From Armatimonadota bacterium (GTDB lineage Bacteria > Armatimonadota > Fimbriimonadia > Fimbriimonadales > GBS-DC): 64,000 bases of DNA. Position 1 is the first letter of the stretch; every line of letters begins with the position of its first letter. A model generated the notes under the pieces. It was not told the DNA's origin. It did no database searches and saw nothing but the letters and a program-made list of their open reading frames with translations. A program made the translations under genes and the position numbers. The stretch is taken from the NCBI GenBank assembly GCA_037442365.1, contig JBBIQK010000004.1, positions 12,326-76,325 of the forward strand. Direction: 5' to 3'. Positions 49,978-64,000 of the stretch are shown piece by piece.

Positions 49978-51369
49978 ATGGAACCGAAGCTGGTCTCCGT
50001 GAAGCAGGCGTATGAGCAACCGGTGGGAAGCCTGCTGAAGGTGCGCGGTTGGGTACGCTCCCGACGCGATTCGAAAGGCGTCTCGTTCATCGAACTCAAC
50101 GACGGCTCCCGCTTCAAGAGCCTGCAAATCGTGGCGGAGGCGGGCGCGATTCCCGAAGAGACGCTCCGACAAATCACGACAGGGGCGTGCATCGAGGCAA
50201 TCGGCGTGCTGACCGAATCGCCCGCGCCCAAGCAGCCCGTGGAGCTGAAACTGCAGTCGCTGCATCTGTACGGCGCCGCCGACCCCGAAACCTACCCGAT
50301 GCAGAAAAAAGGGCACTCGTTCGAGTACCTGCGCGAGATTGCCCACATGCGCGTGCGGGGCAACACCTTCGGCGCGGTGTTCCGCGTGCGCAACGCGCTC
50401 GCCCACGCCATTCACCAGTTCTTTCAGGAGCGCGACTTCCTCTATGTGCATAGCCCCATCATCACCACCTCCGACTGCGAGGGCGCGGGCGCAATGTTCC
50501 GCGTCACGACGCTGGATCTGGAACACCTCCCGCGCACGCCCGACGGCAGGGTGGACTTCACGCAGGACTTCTTCGGCAAGCCCGCCTACATGACCGTGAG
50601 CGGACAGCTGGAAGCCGAGATTTTCGCGCTCGCGTTTGGCAAGGTCTACACCTTCGGACCGACCTTCCGCGCCGAAAACAGCAACACGCCGCGCCACCTT
50701 GCCGAGTTCTGGATGATCGAACCCGAAATGGCGTTCTACGACCTCAACGACAACGCCGACCTCGCGGAAGAATTCCTGAAATATATCATCCGCTATGTGC
50801 TGAACCACTGCGGCGAGGATCTGGAGTTTTTCCATCAGCGCATCGACAACACCGTGCTGGAGACGCTGCAGCATGTCGCCGAGTCGCCCTTCGAGCGGAT
50901 TACCTACACGGAGGCGATTCGCATTCTGCAGGGCGCATCGCGCGACTGGGAGTTCCCGCCCGTGTGGGGCAGCGACCTGCAGACCGAGCACGAGCGCTAC
51001 CTGACGGAGGAGCATTTCAAAAAGCCCGTTATCGTGATGGACTACCCGCGCGAGATTAAGGCGTTCTATATGCGCCTGAACGACGACGAGCGCACCGTGC
51101 GGGCGATGGATGTTCTCGTGCCGCGCGTGGGCGAGATTATCGGCGGCAGCCAGCGCGAGGAACGCTACGAGGTGCTGCTGCAGCGCATCCGCGAGATGGG
51201 GCTGAACGAGCAGGACTACTGGTGGTATCTCGACCTGCGTCGCTACGGCAGCGCGCCTCATTCGGGCTTCGGACTGGGCTTCGAGCGGATGCTGATGTAC
51301 CTCACGGGCATGAAAAACATTCGGGATGTGATTCCCTTCCCGCGCACGCCGGGAAACGCGGAGTTTTAG
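49978..51369 (+). CDS. asnS: Asparagine--tRNA ligase
   Basis: [22 protein letters not shown]-like [51 protein letters not shown]. Confidence 0.97.
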   Translation: MEPKLVSVKQAYEQPVGSLLKVRGWVRSRRDSKGVSFIELNDGSRFKSLQIVAEAGAIPEETLRQITTGACIEAIGVLTESPAPKQPVELKLQSLHLYGAADPETYPMQKKGHSFEYLREIAHMRVRGNTFGAVFRVRNALAHAIHQFFQERDFLYVHSPIITTSDCEGAGAMFRVTTLDLEHLPRTPDGRVDFTQDFFGKPAYMTVSGQLEAEIFALAFGKVYTFGPTFRAENSNTPRHLAEFWMIEPEMAFYDLNDNADLAEEFLKYIIRYVLNHCGEDLEFFHQRIDNTVLETLQHVAESPFERITYTEAIRILQGASRDWEFPPVWGSDLQTEHERYLTEEHFKKPVIVMDYPREIKAFYMRLNDDERTVRAMDVLVPRVGEIIGGSQREERYEVLLQRIREMGLNEQDYWWYLDLRRYGSAPHSGFGLGFERMLMYLTGMKNIRDVIPFPRTPGNAEF

Positions 51370-51406
51370 GAGGCGTCTAACCGAGTAGGCGACGCAAGCA
51401 AGAGCC

Positions 51407-51997
51407 ATGAGGAATCGCACGATACGATGGACGACGGGACTGCTGGGCGTGTTGTTCGCGCTGAGCCTGCTGGCGTGTTCGGGCGGCGGGGGCGGCGGGA
51501 CGACGACCTTCTCCCTCGCCGTGACGGGCAACCCGACAGGCGCGCGCGTGTACCTCAACGGGCAGCTGGTGGAAGACCCGCAGCGAATCACTCTGCCCCC
51601 AGGCGCGCACCGCATCCGCGTGGAGACCACCCTCAGCAACGGGCAGGTGGTCGCCCAGGAGTTCACGGTGGTGGCGGGGTCGGTCGGCTCGATTCAGTAC
51701 GACCTCAGCCGCTACCAGATTGAAACGAACCCTGCAACCATCGAAGTGTGGGCGGGCGAGCAGATTCAGGTCGCTGCTACCCTGCGCGATTTGCAGACGA
51801 ACGGTATCGTGAGCGCGGATTTCGTCTTCTCCGTGCGCGACCCGAATCTGGCGACCGCGCAGAAACTCAGCACGAACGCTGTGCGCATCACGGGCGTCCG
51901 TCAGGGTGCGACGCGGCTGGTCATTACCGACGGAGGCACGGGAGTCACTTTCGAAGTGCCCATCTCGGTGCTGGACTTCCCGCCGCCGCCCAATTAA
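51407..51997 (+). CDS. Lipoprotein with PEGA-like and Ig-like domains
   Basis: Lipobox LLAC, NPTGARVYLNG, and a C-terminal BIG2-like segment. Confidence 0.75.
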   Translation: MRNRTIRWTTGLLGVLFALSLLACSGGGGGGTTTFSLAVTGNPTGARVYLNGQLVEDPQRITLPPGAHRIRVETTLSNGQVVAQEFTVVAGSVGSIQYDLSRYQIETNPATIEVWAGEQIQVAATLRDLQTNGIVSADFVFSVRDPNLATAQKLSTNAVRITGVRQGATRLVITDGGTGVTFEVPISVLDFPPPPN

Positions 51998-52080
51998 AGT
52001 AATAACGCGGTCAACACCTTGTTAGCGCGGACGGGCGTTTACGCAGCGGGTTCCGCGCGTGATTGTCCGTGCGAACCCCC

Positions 52081-52111
52081 TTGACAACCCCTCCAGCCTG
52101 TAGGGTATACT
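52081..52111 (+). promoter_or_regulatory. Probable rpoBC promoter
   Basis: TTGACA and TATACT boxes, though the spacer is 19 nt. Confidence 0.55.
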
Positions 52112-52149
52112 TTTAGACTGGGCAAATTTGCGCCTGTGGAGGGTATTGT

Positions 52150-56199
<4,050 letters not shown>

Positions 56200-56211
56200 G
56201 GTGAAGATTCT

Positions 56212-59200
56212 ATGGCGGACATCTCGCGTATCAAGGCGCTCAAAATCGGTCTCGCCGCGCCCGACGATATTCGGGCGTGGTCGTTTGGCGAAGTCAAAAA
56301 GCCCGAAACGATTAACTATCGCACCTTCAAGCCCGAACGCGACGGGCTGTTCTGCGAGCGCATTTTCGGTCCCACGCGCGACTGGGAATGCTCCTGCGGA
56401 CGCTATAAGCGCGTCAAAAACAAGGGCATCCGCTGCGAGCGGTGCGGCGTAGAAGTTACGCGCGCCCGCGTGCGCCGCGAACGCATGGGACACATCGAAC
56501 TCGCCGCGCCCGTGTGTCACCTGTGGTACCTCAAGGGGCAGCCGCCCAGCCCGCTCGGACTGCTGCTCGACATCTCCCCGCGCCAGCTCGAAAAGGTCAT
56601 CTACTTCACTAACTACATGGTCATCGACATCGACCGCGCGGGCATCGAACAGAACCTCGGCGACCTGAACCGCATGGTGGACGAAGCCAAGCGCACCTTC
56701 GAAGAGGAGATCGAGCGCGTGTTCATGGAGCTGGACGCCCGCCTGGAGCGCGAGCTGGAGGAGGGGCGCGACACACTCACCGAACAACAGATTGCCGAGC
56801 GCGTGCGCATGTACGAGAGCCGCAAAGACAGCGAACGCCGCGAACGCGCCCGCCTGCTCGAAGAGATGGAGAAAGCCATCGAGCGGCTCGCCAAACTCCA
56901 GCAATACGAACTGCTGGACGAGAGCAGCTGGCAGGCGATTGAACAGCTCCTGCTCACGGGCGCGCGCAAACTGCAGCGCGACCTGCGCCCGCTGGTGCGC
57001 GTCGGACAGGGCGCGGAAGCCATCCGCGAACTGCTCAAAAACATCGACCTCGAAAAGCTCGATCGCGAACTGCGCGAGGAAATCAGCAAGACGCAGGGTA
57101 CGCGCCGCGCACGCGCCATCAAGCGGCTCGAAATCGTCGAAGCGTTCAAAAACAGCAAAACGCGCCCCGAATGGATGATTCTCGACGCCGTGCCCGTGCT
57201 GCCGCCCGAACTGCGCCCGATGGTGCAACTCGACGGCGGACGATTCGCGACCTCCGACCTCAACGACCTCTATCGGCGCATCGTCAACCGCAACAACCGC
57301 CTGCGCAAGATTATGGAAATCCGCGCGCCCAAGAGCATTCTCAACTCCGAGAAGCGGCTCCTGCAGGAGGCGGTGGACGCCCTGATTGACAACACCAAGC
57401 GCTCCAAGCCCGTCACCGGCTCTGGTGGACGCCCGCTCAAGTCGCTCTCCGATATGCTCAAGGGCAAGGAGGGACGCTTCCGCAAGAACCTGCTCGGCAA
57501 GCGTGTGGACTATTCGGGACGCTCGGTGATTGTGGTCGGACCGACGCTGCAACTGCACCAGTGCGGGCTGCCCAAAGAGATGGCGCTGGAGCTGTTCAAG
57601 CCGTTCGTGATGCAGCGGCTCATCCGCGACCAGCTCGCCAACAATGTCAAGAACGCCAAAAACGCCATCGACCGCCAGCTGCCCGAAGTGTGGAAGGCGC
57701 TGGAGTCGGTGATTAAGGAGCATCCCGTGCTGCTGAACCGCGCGCCGACGCTCCACCGACTGGGCATTCAGGCGTTCGAGCCGATTCTGGTGGAGGGCAA
57801 GGCGATTCAGCTACACCCGCTGGTGTGCCATGCCTACAACGCGGACTTCGACGGCGACCAGATGGCGGTGCATGTGCCGCTGTCGTACCCCGCGCAGGCA
57901 GAGGCGCGCACGCTGATGCTCTCCACGCACAACCTGTTCAAGCCCGCGGACGGCTCGCCCGTGGTCTCGCCGCTGCAGGACATCGTGCTGGGCGCGTACT
58001 ACCTGACGATGAACGACCCGCAGCACCAGCAGGAGGCGCGCCACTACTTCGCCAACCCCGAAGAGGCGCGGCTGGCGTTCGAACGCGGCGACGCGCGCCT
58101 GCACGAACCCATCCATGTGCGACTCGTGCGCCCCAACGCGCAGGAGCCTGAGCTGACGCAGACCACCATCGGACGCCTGATCTTCCAGGAAATCATGCCC
58201 GACGAGCTGCGCTACGACCCCGAATGGCTGAACAAGGTCTACAACAAGAAGATGCTCTCGGCGGTCATTCGCGCGGTGTACCAGACCTGCGGGCACGCGC
58301 GCACCGTGCGCTTCCTGGACGACCTCAAGGCGCTTGGCTTCGAGTGGGGCTTGCGCGGCGGCGTCACCTTCGCGCTGACCGATATGGCGGTTCCCGCGCA
58401 GCGCGACGCCATCCTGCAAAAAGCTGCTGAGGAAGCGCGCCTCATCGACGAGCTGTACGATCGCGGCGAGCTGACCCAGGACGAGAAACGCCAGCGCAAA
58501 ATCGAACTCTGGCAGCGTGTGTACGATGAGGTCTCCCGCGTGATGCTGCAGGAGCTGCGCGACGACAACCCGCTGTTTATCATCACCGATTCGGGCGCGC
58601 GCGGCTCCACCAAGCAGCTGGCGCAGCTGGTCGGCATGCGCGGCTTGATGATGGGCGGCTTCGACTTTCGCTCGGGCGGTGAGCGACTCGTGGAGGAGCT
58701 GCCCGTGCAACACAACTTCCAGGAGGGGCTGACCACGCTGGAATACTTCGTCTCGGGCTACGGCGCGCGGCGCGGGCTGGCAAGCACCGCGCTGCTGACC
58801 GCCAACGCGGGCTATCTCACCCGCCGCATGTGCGATGTCGCGCAGGATGTGGTCGTCCGCGAACCCGACTGCAACACCCCCGAAGGGATTGTCGTCAGCC
58901 GTATCGAGCGTGAGGGCGACCTCATCGAGACGCTGTTCCAGCGCATCCGCGGACGCACCGCGCGACGCGACCTGCGCCACCCCATCACGGGCGAAATCCT
59001 CGTCGCCGAGAACGAGATTATCCCCGAATCGGTTGCGACCGAACTCGACGCGCTGGCGCAGGCGACCGAACGCTTCACGCAAACCCTGCGCGAGCTGGCA
59101 GGCAAAGAGGAGGGCGAACTCTACACGCCCACCGACGACCAGCCCCTGCGCGACCCCATTACGGGCGAATCGCTGCTGGGGCCGTATGATATGCTCGAGG

Positions 59201-60819
59201 CGTCCACGCTGGAGCGACTGCACGCCCGACGCAACGAGCTGCGCGATCTGTGGCAGCAGGCGGGCTATGAATGGGTGGAACACGACCGCGTGGGCGTGCC
59301 CATCCGCTCGCCGCTGACCTGCAACACGCGGCAGGGTGTGTGCGCGAAGTGCTACGGACAGGACATGGGCACGCTGCGCCCTGTGGAGCTGGGTACGGCG
59401 GTCGGCATCATCGCCGCCGAGTCGATTGGCGAGCCGGGCACGCAGCTGACCATGCGCGTGTTCCACACGGGCGGCGTCGCGGGCGCAGGACAGCAAATCG
59501 CAGGCTTCAAAATCGGCGGCGCACGCGCCCTCTCCGCGACCGAACTGGAAGAGCGCGGCGCCACCCAGGAAGCCATCGACCTCAGCAAGGACCAGAAAAA
59601 TGTGCTGCTCAAGGTCGCCTCGAACCTGCTGAACAAGCCCGTGCCGCTGATCGCCGGAGACGACTTCAGCGAAGGCGAAGAGAAGCTCGAAAAGCGCACG
59701 CGCGACTCCCTGCGCCGACTCGCCAAACTGCAGGAGCCGCCCAACACGGGCATCAACCGCGTGGAGGAGCTGTTCGAAGCGCGCAAGCCCAAGGGGGAAG
59801 CCATCACCGTCGACTATCAGGGCGAAGTGGTGGACATCATCCGCTCCATTGGACGCTGGGTGGTCATCAAAGCGACACTGCCCGTCGGCGAGATGCTCGT
59901 GGGCAAGATGAGCCTGGAGACCATCGAAGACCCCAGCACGGGCGCGGTGCTGCTGGAGGCGATGGACGAGATTCGCGCCGCCCATGTCAACCGCCTGATG
60001 GAGGCGGGCGTCGCGCAGGTCACGGTGCTGGACGCCGTGCTGGTGCCGCCGCTGGGCTCACTGGAGGTGGTCAAGGGCGATACCGTGCTGGCAGGCGACC
60101 GCCTCACGCCCGGACCGCTGAACCCGCACGAACTGCTGCGCCTGCGCGGCGTGCGCGGCGTGCAGGAATACCTCATTCAGGAGATTCAGGCGGTCTACAA
60201 GGCGCAGGGCGTCGACATCGACGACAAGCACCTGGAGGTCATCATCCGCCAGATGCTGCGCAAGCGGCGCGTGATTGACCCCGGCGACACCTACTTCCTG
60301 CCCGGACAGATGGTGGATCGCTTCGTGTTCGAGGACACCAACCGCAAGATTCTCGCCGAGGGCGGGCGACCTGCCACCGCCGAGTGGGTGCTGCTGGGCG
60401 TCTCCGAATCGGCGCAGCAGACCGAGTCGTTCCTCTCGGCGGCGTCGTTCCAGCGCACGGTCAAGGCGCTCACTGAGGCGGCGGTGCGCGGCAAGGTCGA
60501 CGAACTCGTCGGCTTGAAGGAGAATGTGATTATCGGGCGGCTGATTCCTGCTGGTACAGGCTATGTGAAGCCGCGCTTCGAGCCGAAGTTCGAATGGGGC
60601 GCGCGCGCTGAAGAGGCGGCGGCGGTCGTCGAAACGCGCGAGCCGACGCTGGGCACGCTCTTCGAAGAGGAGCTGGCGGAAGCAAGCGCCCCGCCTGCCG
60701 AGGAGACGCTGAGCCTTGCCGAAGTGGAGCCAGACGCGCCGGAGGCGACCGCCGAAGCTCCCGAGGCGGACGGCGCAGCCAAACCGAAGCGCGCCCGCAA
60801 AAAGCAGAGCGAGGAGTAG
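56212..60819 (+). CDS. rpoC: RNA polymerase beta-prime subunit
   Basis: [68 protein letters not shown]. Confidence 0.99.
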   Translation: MADISRIKALKIGLAAPDDIRAWSFGEVKKPETINYRTFKPERDGLFCERIFGPTRDWECSCGRYKRVKNKGIRCERCGVEVTRARVRRERMGHIELAAPVCHLWYLKGQPPSPLGLLLDISPRQLEKVIYFTNYMVIDIDRAGIEQNLGDLNRMVDEAKRTFEEEIERVFMELDARLERELEEGRDTLTEQQIAERVRMYESRKDSERRERARLLEEMEKAIERLAKLQQYELLDESSWQAIEQLLLTGARKLQRDLRPLVRVGQGAEAIRELLKNIDLEKLDRELREEISKTQGTRRARAIKRLEIVEAFKNSKTRPEWMILDAVPVLPPELRPMVQLDGGRFATSDLNDLYRRIVNRNNRLRKIMEIRAPKSILNSEKRLLQEAVDALIDNTKRSKPVTGSGGRPLKSLSDMLKGKEGRFRKNLLGKRVDYSGRSVIVVGPTLQLHQCGLPKEMALELFKPFVMQRLIRDQLANNVKNAKNAIDRQLPEVWKALESVIKEHPVLLNRAPTLHRLGIQAFEPILVEGKAIQLHPLVCHAYNADFDGDQMAVHVPLSYPAQAEARTLMLSTHNLFKPADGSPVVSPLQDIVLGAYYLTMNDPQHQQEARHYFANPEEARLAFERGDARLHEPIHVRLVRPNAQEPELTQTTIGRLIFQEIMPDELRYDPEWLNKVYNKKMLSAVIRAVYQTCGHARTVRFLDDLKALGFEWGLRGGVTFALTDMAVPAQRDAILQKAAEEARLIDELYDRGELTQDEKRQRKIELWQRVYDEVSRVMLQELRDDNPLFIITDSGARGSTKQLAQLVGMRGLMMGGFDFRSGGERLVEELPVQHNFQEGLTTLEYFVSGYGARRGLASTALLTANAGYLTRRMCDVAQDVVVREPDCNTPEGIVVSRIEREGDLIETLFQRIRGRTARRDLRHPITGEILVAENEIIPESVATELDALAQATERFTQTLRELAGKEEGELYTPTDDQPLRDPITGESLLGPYDMLEASTLERLHARRNELRDLWQQAGYEWVEHDRVGVPIRSPLTCNTRQGVCAKCYGQDMGTLRPVELGTAVGIIAAESIGEPGTQLTMRVFHTGGVAGAGQQIAGFKIGGARALSATELEERGATQEAIDLSKDQKNVLLKVASNLLNKPVPLIAGDDFSEGEEKLEKRTRDSLRRLAKLQEPPNTGINRVEELFEARKPKGEAITVDYQGEVVDIIRSIGRWVVIKATLPVGEMLVGKMSLETIEDPSTGAVLLEAMDEIRAAHVNRLMEAGVAQVTVLDAVLVPPLGSLEVVKGDTVLAGDRLTPGPLNPHELLRLRGVRGVQEYLIQEIQAVYKAQGVDIDDKHLEVIIRQMLRKRRVIDPGDTYFLPGQMVDRFVFEDTNRKILAEGGRPATAEWVLLGVSESAQQTESFLSAASFQRTVKALTEAAVRGKVDELVGLKENVIIGRLIPAGTGYVKPRFEPKFEWGARAEEAAAVVETREPTLGTLFEEELAEASAPPAEETLSLAEVEPDAPEATAEAPEADGAAKPKRARKKQSEE

Positions 60820-60832
60820 CCCCCACCTCCTG

Positions 60833-60868
60833 TATCCCCCTCTCCCAACCCGTTGGGAGAGGGGGATA
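60833..60868. repeat. Perfect 16-bp hairpin of CCCCTCTCCC/GGGAGAGGGG type, possible terminator or REP-like element
   Basis: TATCCCCCTCTCCCAA-CCCG-TTGGGAGAGGGGGATA immediately after the rpoC stop. Confidence 0.75.
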
Positions 60869-60962
60869 GCGTGCCGCGTGAGGCTCGCACGACTTCGCGG
60901 TCAGGTTCGCTAATTGCCTCGTGCGTACCTGCAGAGACATACTGTTGCCCGCGCCCCGTTAC

Positions 60963-61020
60963 TATGGAGTGCTGAAGCGCAGCTTTAGCCTGCGCGGAAG
61001 CTCCGCGTCCGCACTCCATA
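60963..61020. repeat. REP-like palindrome (TATGGAGTGC...GCACTCCATA), copy 2
   Basis: 10-bp terminal inverted repeat enclosing two small hairpins. Homologous to 38993-39026. Confidence 0.7.
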
Positions 61021-61130
61021 AACCGCCGCTTTACGAACTATGACCAGCAGGTTGGTAAAAGAACCTGCAGGAGGAGGCAGACAATCGAGGCGAAACCGCT
61101 TGGATTTACGAAATTGGGTTCGCTGACTGG

Positions 61131-61955
61131 TCACAGACGGCTCAAGTAGCGTAGCGACTCCCGCGCCATCGTTTCGGGGTCGGGGAAGTAATCGAACGGC
61201 TCCAGCGACGCCCAGCCGGTGTAGCCGATCGTGCGCAGCGCGTCCAGAATCGGCGCGAAGTCGGTCGCCCCGTAGCCCGGCGCGCGCAGGTTTGAATCGT
61301 TGAGATGCACATGCGCAAGGTAGGGCGCGTACTGGCGAATGAGCGCGGGCACATCGTCGGTCTCGGCGAGCGCGCTTTTGACATCGAGCATCGTGCGCAG
61401 GTTCGGATGGTTCGCCTGCTGCACTAAAGCAACCGCCTCGCCCAGCCGCTGGACGACATTCGTTTCGGGCAGCGGCTCCAGCAGCAGCGTGATGCCTTCC
61501 TGGGCGCACACCTGCAGGGCGGGCTGGAGCGTCTCCAGCCAGAGTTGCGCCGCGGCGTCGGGCGTGAGGGGCGGAATCGCCTCGCGCTGGCGCGGCGAGC
61601 CGAACACCATCACCCCCCCGCCCACCGCCGCACAGAAACGCGCCAGCTCGACCAGATAGTCGGCGGTCGCCGCGCGCACTTCGGGGTCTGGGTGCGTCGC
61701 GTGCAACCCTGCGGGCGACCAGAGCAGCATATGCAGCCCCACAATCTGGAGTCCATGCTGATGGGCAGTCTGGCGGATTTCGGCGCGGGCGTGCGAGTCC
61801 AACAACTCCACGCGCTCCGCGAAGGTGAACGGCGCGAGTTCAACGCCGGCGTAGCCCGCATCTGCGAGGAGCGCACATGCGTCTGACCACCGCATGTGCC
61901 GAAGCGCCTCGTTGCACAGAGCGTACCGAATCAACGCCTCACTCCTCGTCTGCAT
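61131..61955 (-). CDS. Sugar phosphate isomerase/epimerase (xylose-isomerase-like TIM barrel)
   Basis: GYAGVELAPF, VFGSP.QR, LLEPL, MLDV, HVHLNDSN..APG.G..DF, SLEPF. Confidence 0.88.
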   Translation of the reverse strand: MQTRSEALIRYALCNEALRHMRWSDACALLADAGYAGVELAPFTFAERVELLDSHARAEIRQTAHQHGLQIVGLHMLLWSPAGLHATHPDPEVRAATADYLVELARFCAAVGGGVMVFGSPRQREAIPPLTPDAAAQLWLETLQPALQVCAQEGITLLLEPLPETNVVQRLGEAVALVQQANHPNLRTMLDVKSALAETDDVPALIRQYAPYLAHVHLNDSNLRAPGYGATDFAPILDALRTIGYTGWASLEPFDYFPDPETMARESLRYLSRL

Positions 61956-62298
61956 CCAGCGGCGCGCGCTCCACCCCGTACTTGAGCATCAGCTTTTCGA
62001 AGTCGCGCGGACTCATCAGCTTGATGTGAATGTCGGGGCGCAGGGCGCGCAGCAGCGCAATCTTTCGACGCTTGCGCCGATTCAGATTCGCACGACGCAC
62101 GGTCAACTCCACATAGAGCTTGTAGTCGGGCAGGTAAAAATCGGGGGTGAAACACTCTTTGGGGTTGCCATCTGCGTCGGTGCGCAGCACGAAAGTGTGA
62201 GGCTCATACTCCCAGCGAATGCGGTAATAATCCAGCAGGCGCGCGAACGCCTCTTCGCTGGGATGCACAAACGAGACCGTCGCCTTGCGACTTCGCAC
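61939..62298 (-). CDS. Small PD-(D/E)XK restriction-endonuclease-like protein
   Basis: WEYEP...FTPDFYLP..KLYVELT. GTG start. Confidence 0.7.
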   Translation of the reverse strand: MRSRKATVSFVHPSEEAFARLLDYYRIRWEYEPHTFVLRTDADGNPKECFTPDFYLPDYKLYVELTVRRANLNRRKRRKIALLRALRPDIHIKLMSPRDFEKLMLKYGVERAPLDADEE

Positions 62299-62372
62299 TC
62301 TGGTTTATGCCTCCACCCTCTATTATACACGATGGGCGTTAAAATCGTGTTATCCCATGGGCAACTATGGGG

Positions 62373-63311
62373 CTAATCGGGCGAGAAAGGCGCATTTTCC
62401 CGTAGTTTCCACAGGATTCCGTAGCGCAGCCCGCGCGTGCTGATTTGCGCCTCCTCGCAGCGCAGGGCGAAGAGGACGCGCTCTAAAATCAGTGCGCCGA
62501 CATGCAGCAGGGGCGCGCGGTCAGGCTCAATCCCGGGCAGGGCGCGTCGCTCAGCGTCCGTCAGGCGCAGCAGCCGTTCCAGCAGCGCGGCGGGCGTCTC
62601 GTCGCCGAACCAGACGCCATGCGCCTGCGCAGGGTCAAACACGGTCAGCCCCAGCGCGAGCATCGCCAGATTCACGCCCGTACCGCCGATAGCGACCACA
62701 CGCTCCGGCTGCGGGCGCGCGCGCAGGGGTTCGAACGCCTCATCGAGGGCGCGCGTCGCCGCCAGTACCTCGCGCGGATGGGGCGGGTCGCTCGGCATAT
62801 ACTGCTCGCGCACGCGCCCCGCGCCGACGGGGAAGCTATACCACGCCTCCATGCGCGCGCCCTGCCCCAGCGCGACCTCCACGCTCCCACCGCCGATGTC
62901 CACCACCGCCAGTTGCCCCGCGCCCACGCCGAGCGACTCGTCCCGCGCGACCGAAAGATAGCTCAGCGACGCCTCCTCCTGCTCCGACAGCACGCGAATC
63001 ACGGCGTTGGCGGGCAACCGTTCGCGCAGGGGCTGCAGAATCGCGTCGGGGTTGCTCGCCTCGCGCACGACAGCCGTCGCCGCCGCAACCAGCCGCTCTA
63101 CCCCCTGCGCGCGGCACACGGCGAGGTACTCGTCCACCGCCTGCAGGGTGCGCTGGATGGCTTCAGGGCGCAGGCGTCGCGCCGCGCCGAACCCTTCGCC
63201 CAGTCGCGTAATACGCGCCTGATCGGTCAGCACGCGCCAGCCCTCTATGTCCCGCTCCGCAACGAGCAACAGCACCGAGTTGGAGCCGATGTCCAGTATC
63301 CCCACGCGCAT
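62373..63311 (-). CDS. Ppx/GppA family exopolyphosphatase
   Basis: LDIGSNS, TRLGEG, ATAVVREASN, LSEQEEA, DIGGGSVE, GLRYG. Confidence 0.92.
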   Translation of the reverse strand: MRVGILDIGSNSVLLLVAERDIEGWRVLTDQARITRLGEGFGAARRLRPEAIQRTLQAVDEYLAVCRAQGVERLVAAATAVVREASNPDAILQPLRERLPANAVIRVLSEQEEASLSYLSVARDESLGVGAGQLAVVDIGGGSVEVALGQGARMEAWYSFPVGAGRVREQYMPSDPPHPREVLAATRALDEAFEPLRARPQPERVVAIGGTGVNLAMLALGLTVFDPAQAHGVWFGDETPAALLERLLRLTDAERRALPGIEPDRAPLLHVGALILERVLFALRCEEAQISTRGLRYGILWKLRENAPFSPD

Positions 63312-63370
63312 CGCGGCAAGTGTACCTGAACTGTCGTCCCATGCGCGCCTGCAGGTATACTCTCTCCCCG

Positions 63371-63499
63371 ATGAACCTGCATCAGACCACTTTGAGCAAC
63401 GGCGTGCGCATCGTCGCCGAGCCGATCCCGACCGTGCAATCGCTCACGGTAAGCCTCTGGATTCGGGCAGGCTCCCGTTCGGAAGCAACTAAAAAGTAA
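63371..63499 (+). pseudogene. 5' fragment of an M16 (pitrilysin-like) peptidase
   Basis: MNLHQTTLSNGVRIVAEPIPTVQSLTVSLWIRAGSR matches an M16 N-terminus. Stops before HxxEH, where GC content drops. Confidence 0.75.
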
Positions 63500-63505
63500 A
63501 AAGTA

Positions 63506-64000
63506 TTAGAAGAAACTAAAAGGGCACGGAATTTGCCACTCATCGCGTAAACCCAAACATATCTCTGGGGGACAAGGACGCACGTTTGTTAGTAAATGCC
63601 AGTCATGTCGAATTCTCGATATACCGGAATTTCCGGGACGCTTGTAGCAAAGAGATTGAACATAGGCGCGCTCTATGGAGCCATCCAGCCGTAGACGCAA
63701 GACGACTCCCGAAGTCAACAACTGAGGCGTGAAGTGACGGAGAGAATCGGCAGAGGTGATTCGCGACTGACCGTGCAAAAGGCAGTAGAATATGCCATGA
63801 TTGGAATCCTTTTCCAAAAGAACTCGTCGGAACTCGGAACTTTTGACCAGATAGAAGTAACTTACGGGCGCGCCCCAGAAGCGCGTGTCATAGCGGTTCA
63901 AGCCCCCCAGTGTATCTCGTGGGCACTTCAGCACCTGAACAGATTTCAAGTAATATCTCATGTCACTCGAATGGATTGGATAATTCCCCTCGTAATCTTC
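63506..64000 (-). CDS. Low-GC DUF1559-like protein, 5'-partial
   Basis: Frame open to the window edge: EDYEGNYP...LKCPRD...SYFY...LHG...RLRLDGS, similar to the other three DUF1559 genes. Confidence 0.6.
   Translation of the reverse strand, partial: EDYEGNYPIHSSDMRYYLKSVQVLKCPRDTLGGLNRYDTRFWGAPVSYFYLVKSSEFRRVLLEKDSNHGIFYCLLHGQSRITSADSLRHFTPQLLTSGVVLRLRLDGSIERAYVQSLCYKRPGNSGISRIRHDWHLLTNVRPCPPEICLGLRDEWQIPCPFSFF

Overview
High-GC (about 65% by eye) bacterial chromosomal window. It is most likely from Armatimonadota (a Fimbriimonadales-like, possibly thermophilic lineage). This is inferred from four prepilin-like DUF1559/H-X9-DG genes, a PEP-CTERM protein and a C-terminal 'GDVDGDGCVDDADLL.VLF.FG' dockerin-like repeat. 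Most of the window is housekeeping genes in shuffled order: purM (partial), fucI, ubiX, folC, a BamA-like protein, udg, nuoL, alaS, glpX, ftsEX, asnS, rpoB, rpoC and a Ppx/GppA phosphatase. These are interspersed with small low-GC accessory patches. Most notable observations: (1) an orphan, degenerate type I-C-like CRISPR mini-array at 25515-25658 next to a low-GC secreted-protein gene, with no cas genes in the window; (2) an RNA polymerase with Q513T/H526N-equivalent substitutions in the rifampicin pocket, a Cys4 zinc-ribbon insertion in beta, an ~85-aa trigger-loop insertion and unusual bridge-helix substitutions in beta-prime; (3) a 45-bp promoter-containing direct repeat bracketing a foreign gene; (4) two toxin-antitoxin loci in which only the toxin is broken; (5) stand-alone Card1-like nuclease and CorA-like proteins resembling type III CRISPR effectors; (6) a structured, terminator-containing region upstream of glpX that shares a REP-like palindrome with the rpoC 3' region; (7) a PdtaS/PdtaR-type kinase and ANTAR regulator pair split by 35 kb; (8) an AT-rich codon patch inside spoVR; (9) an M16 peptidase 5' fragment marking a probable island boundary at the right edge. 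No tRNA, rRNA, transposase or integrase was recognised. All family calls come from motifs read by eye, not from database searches.
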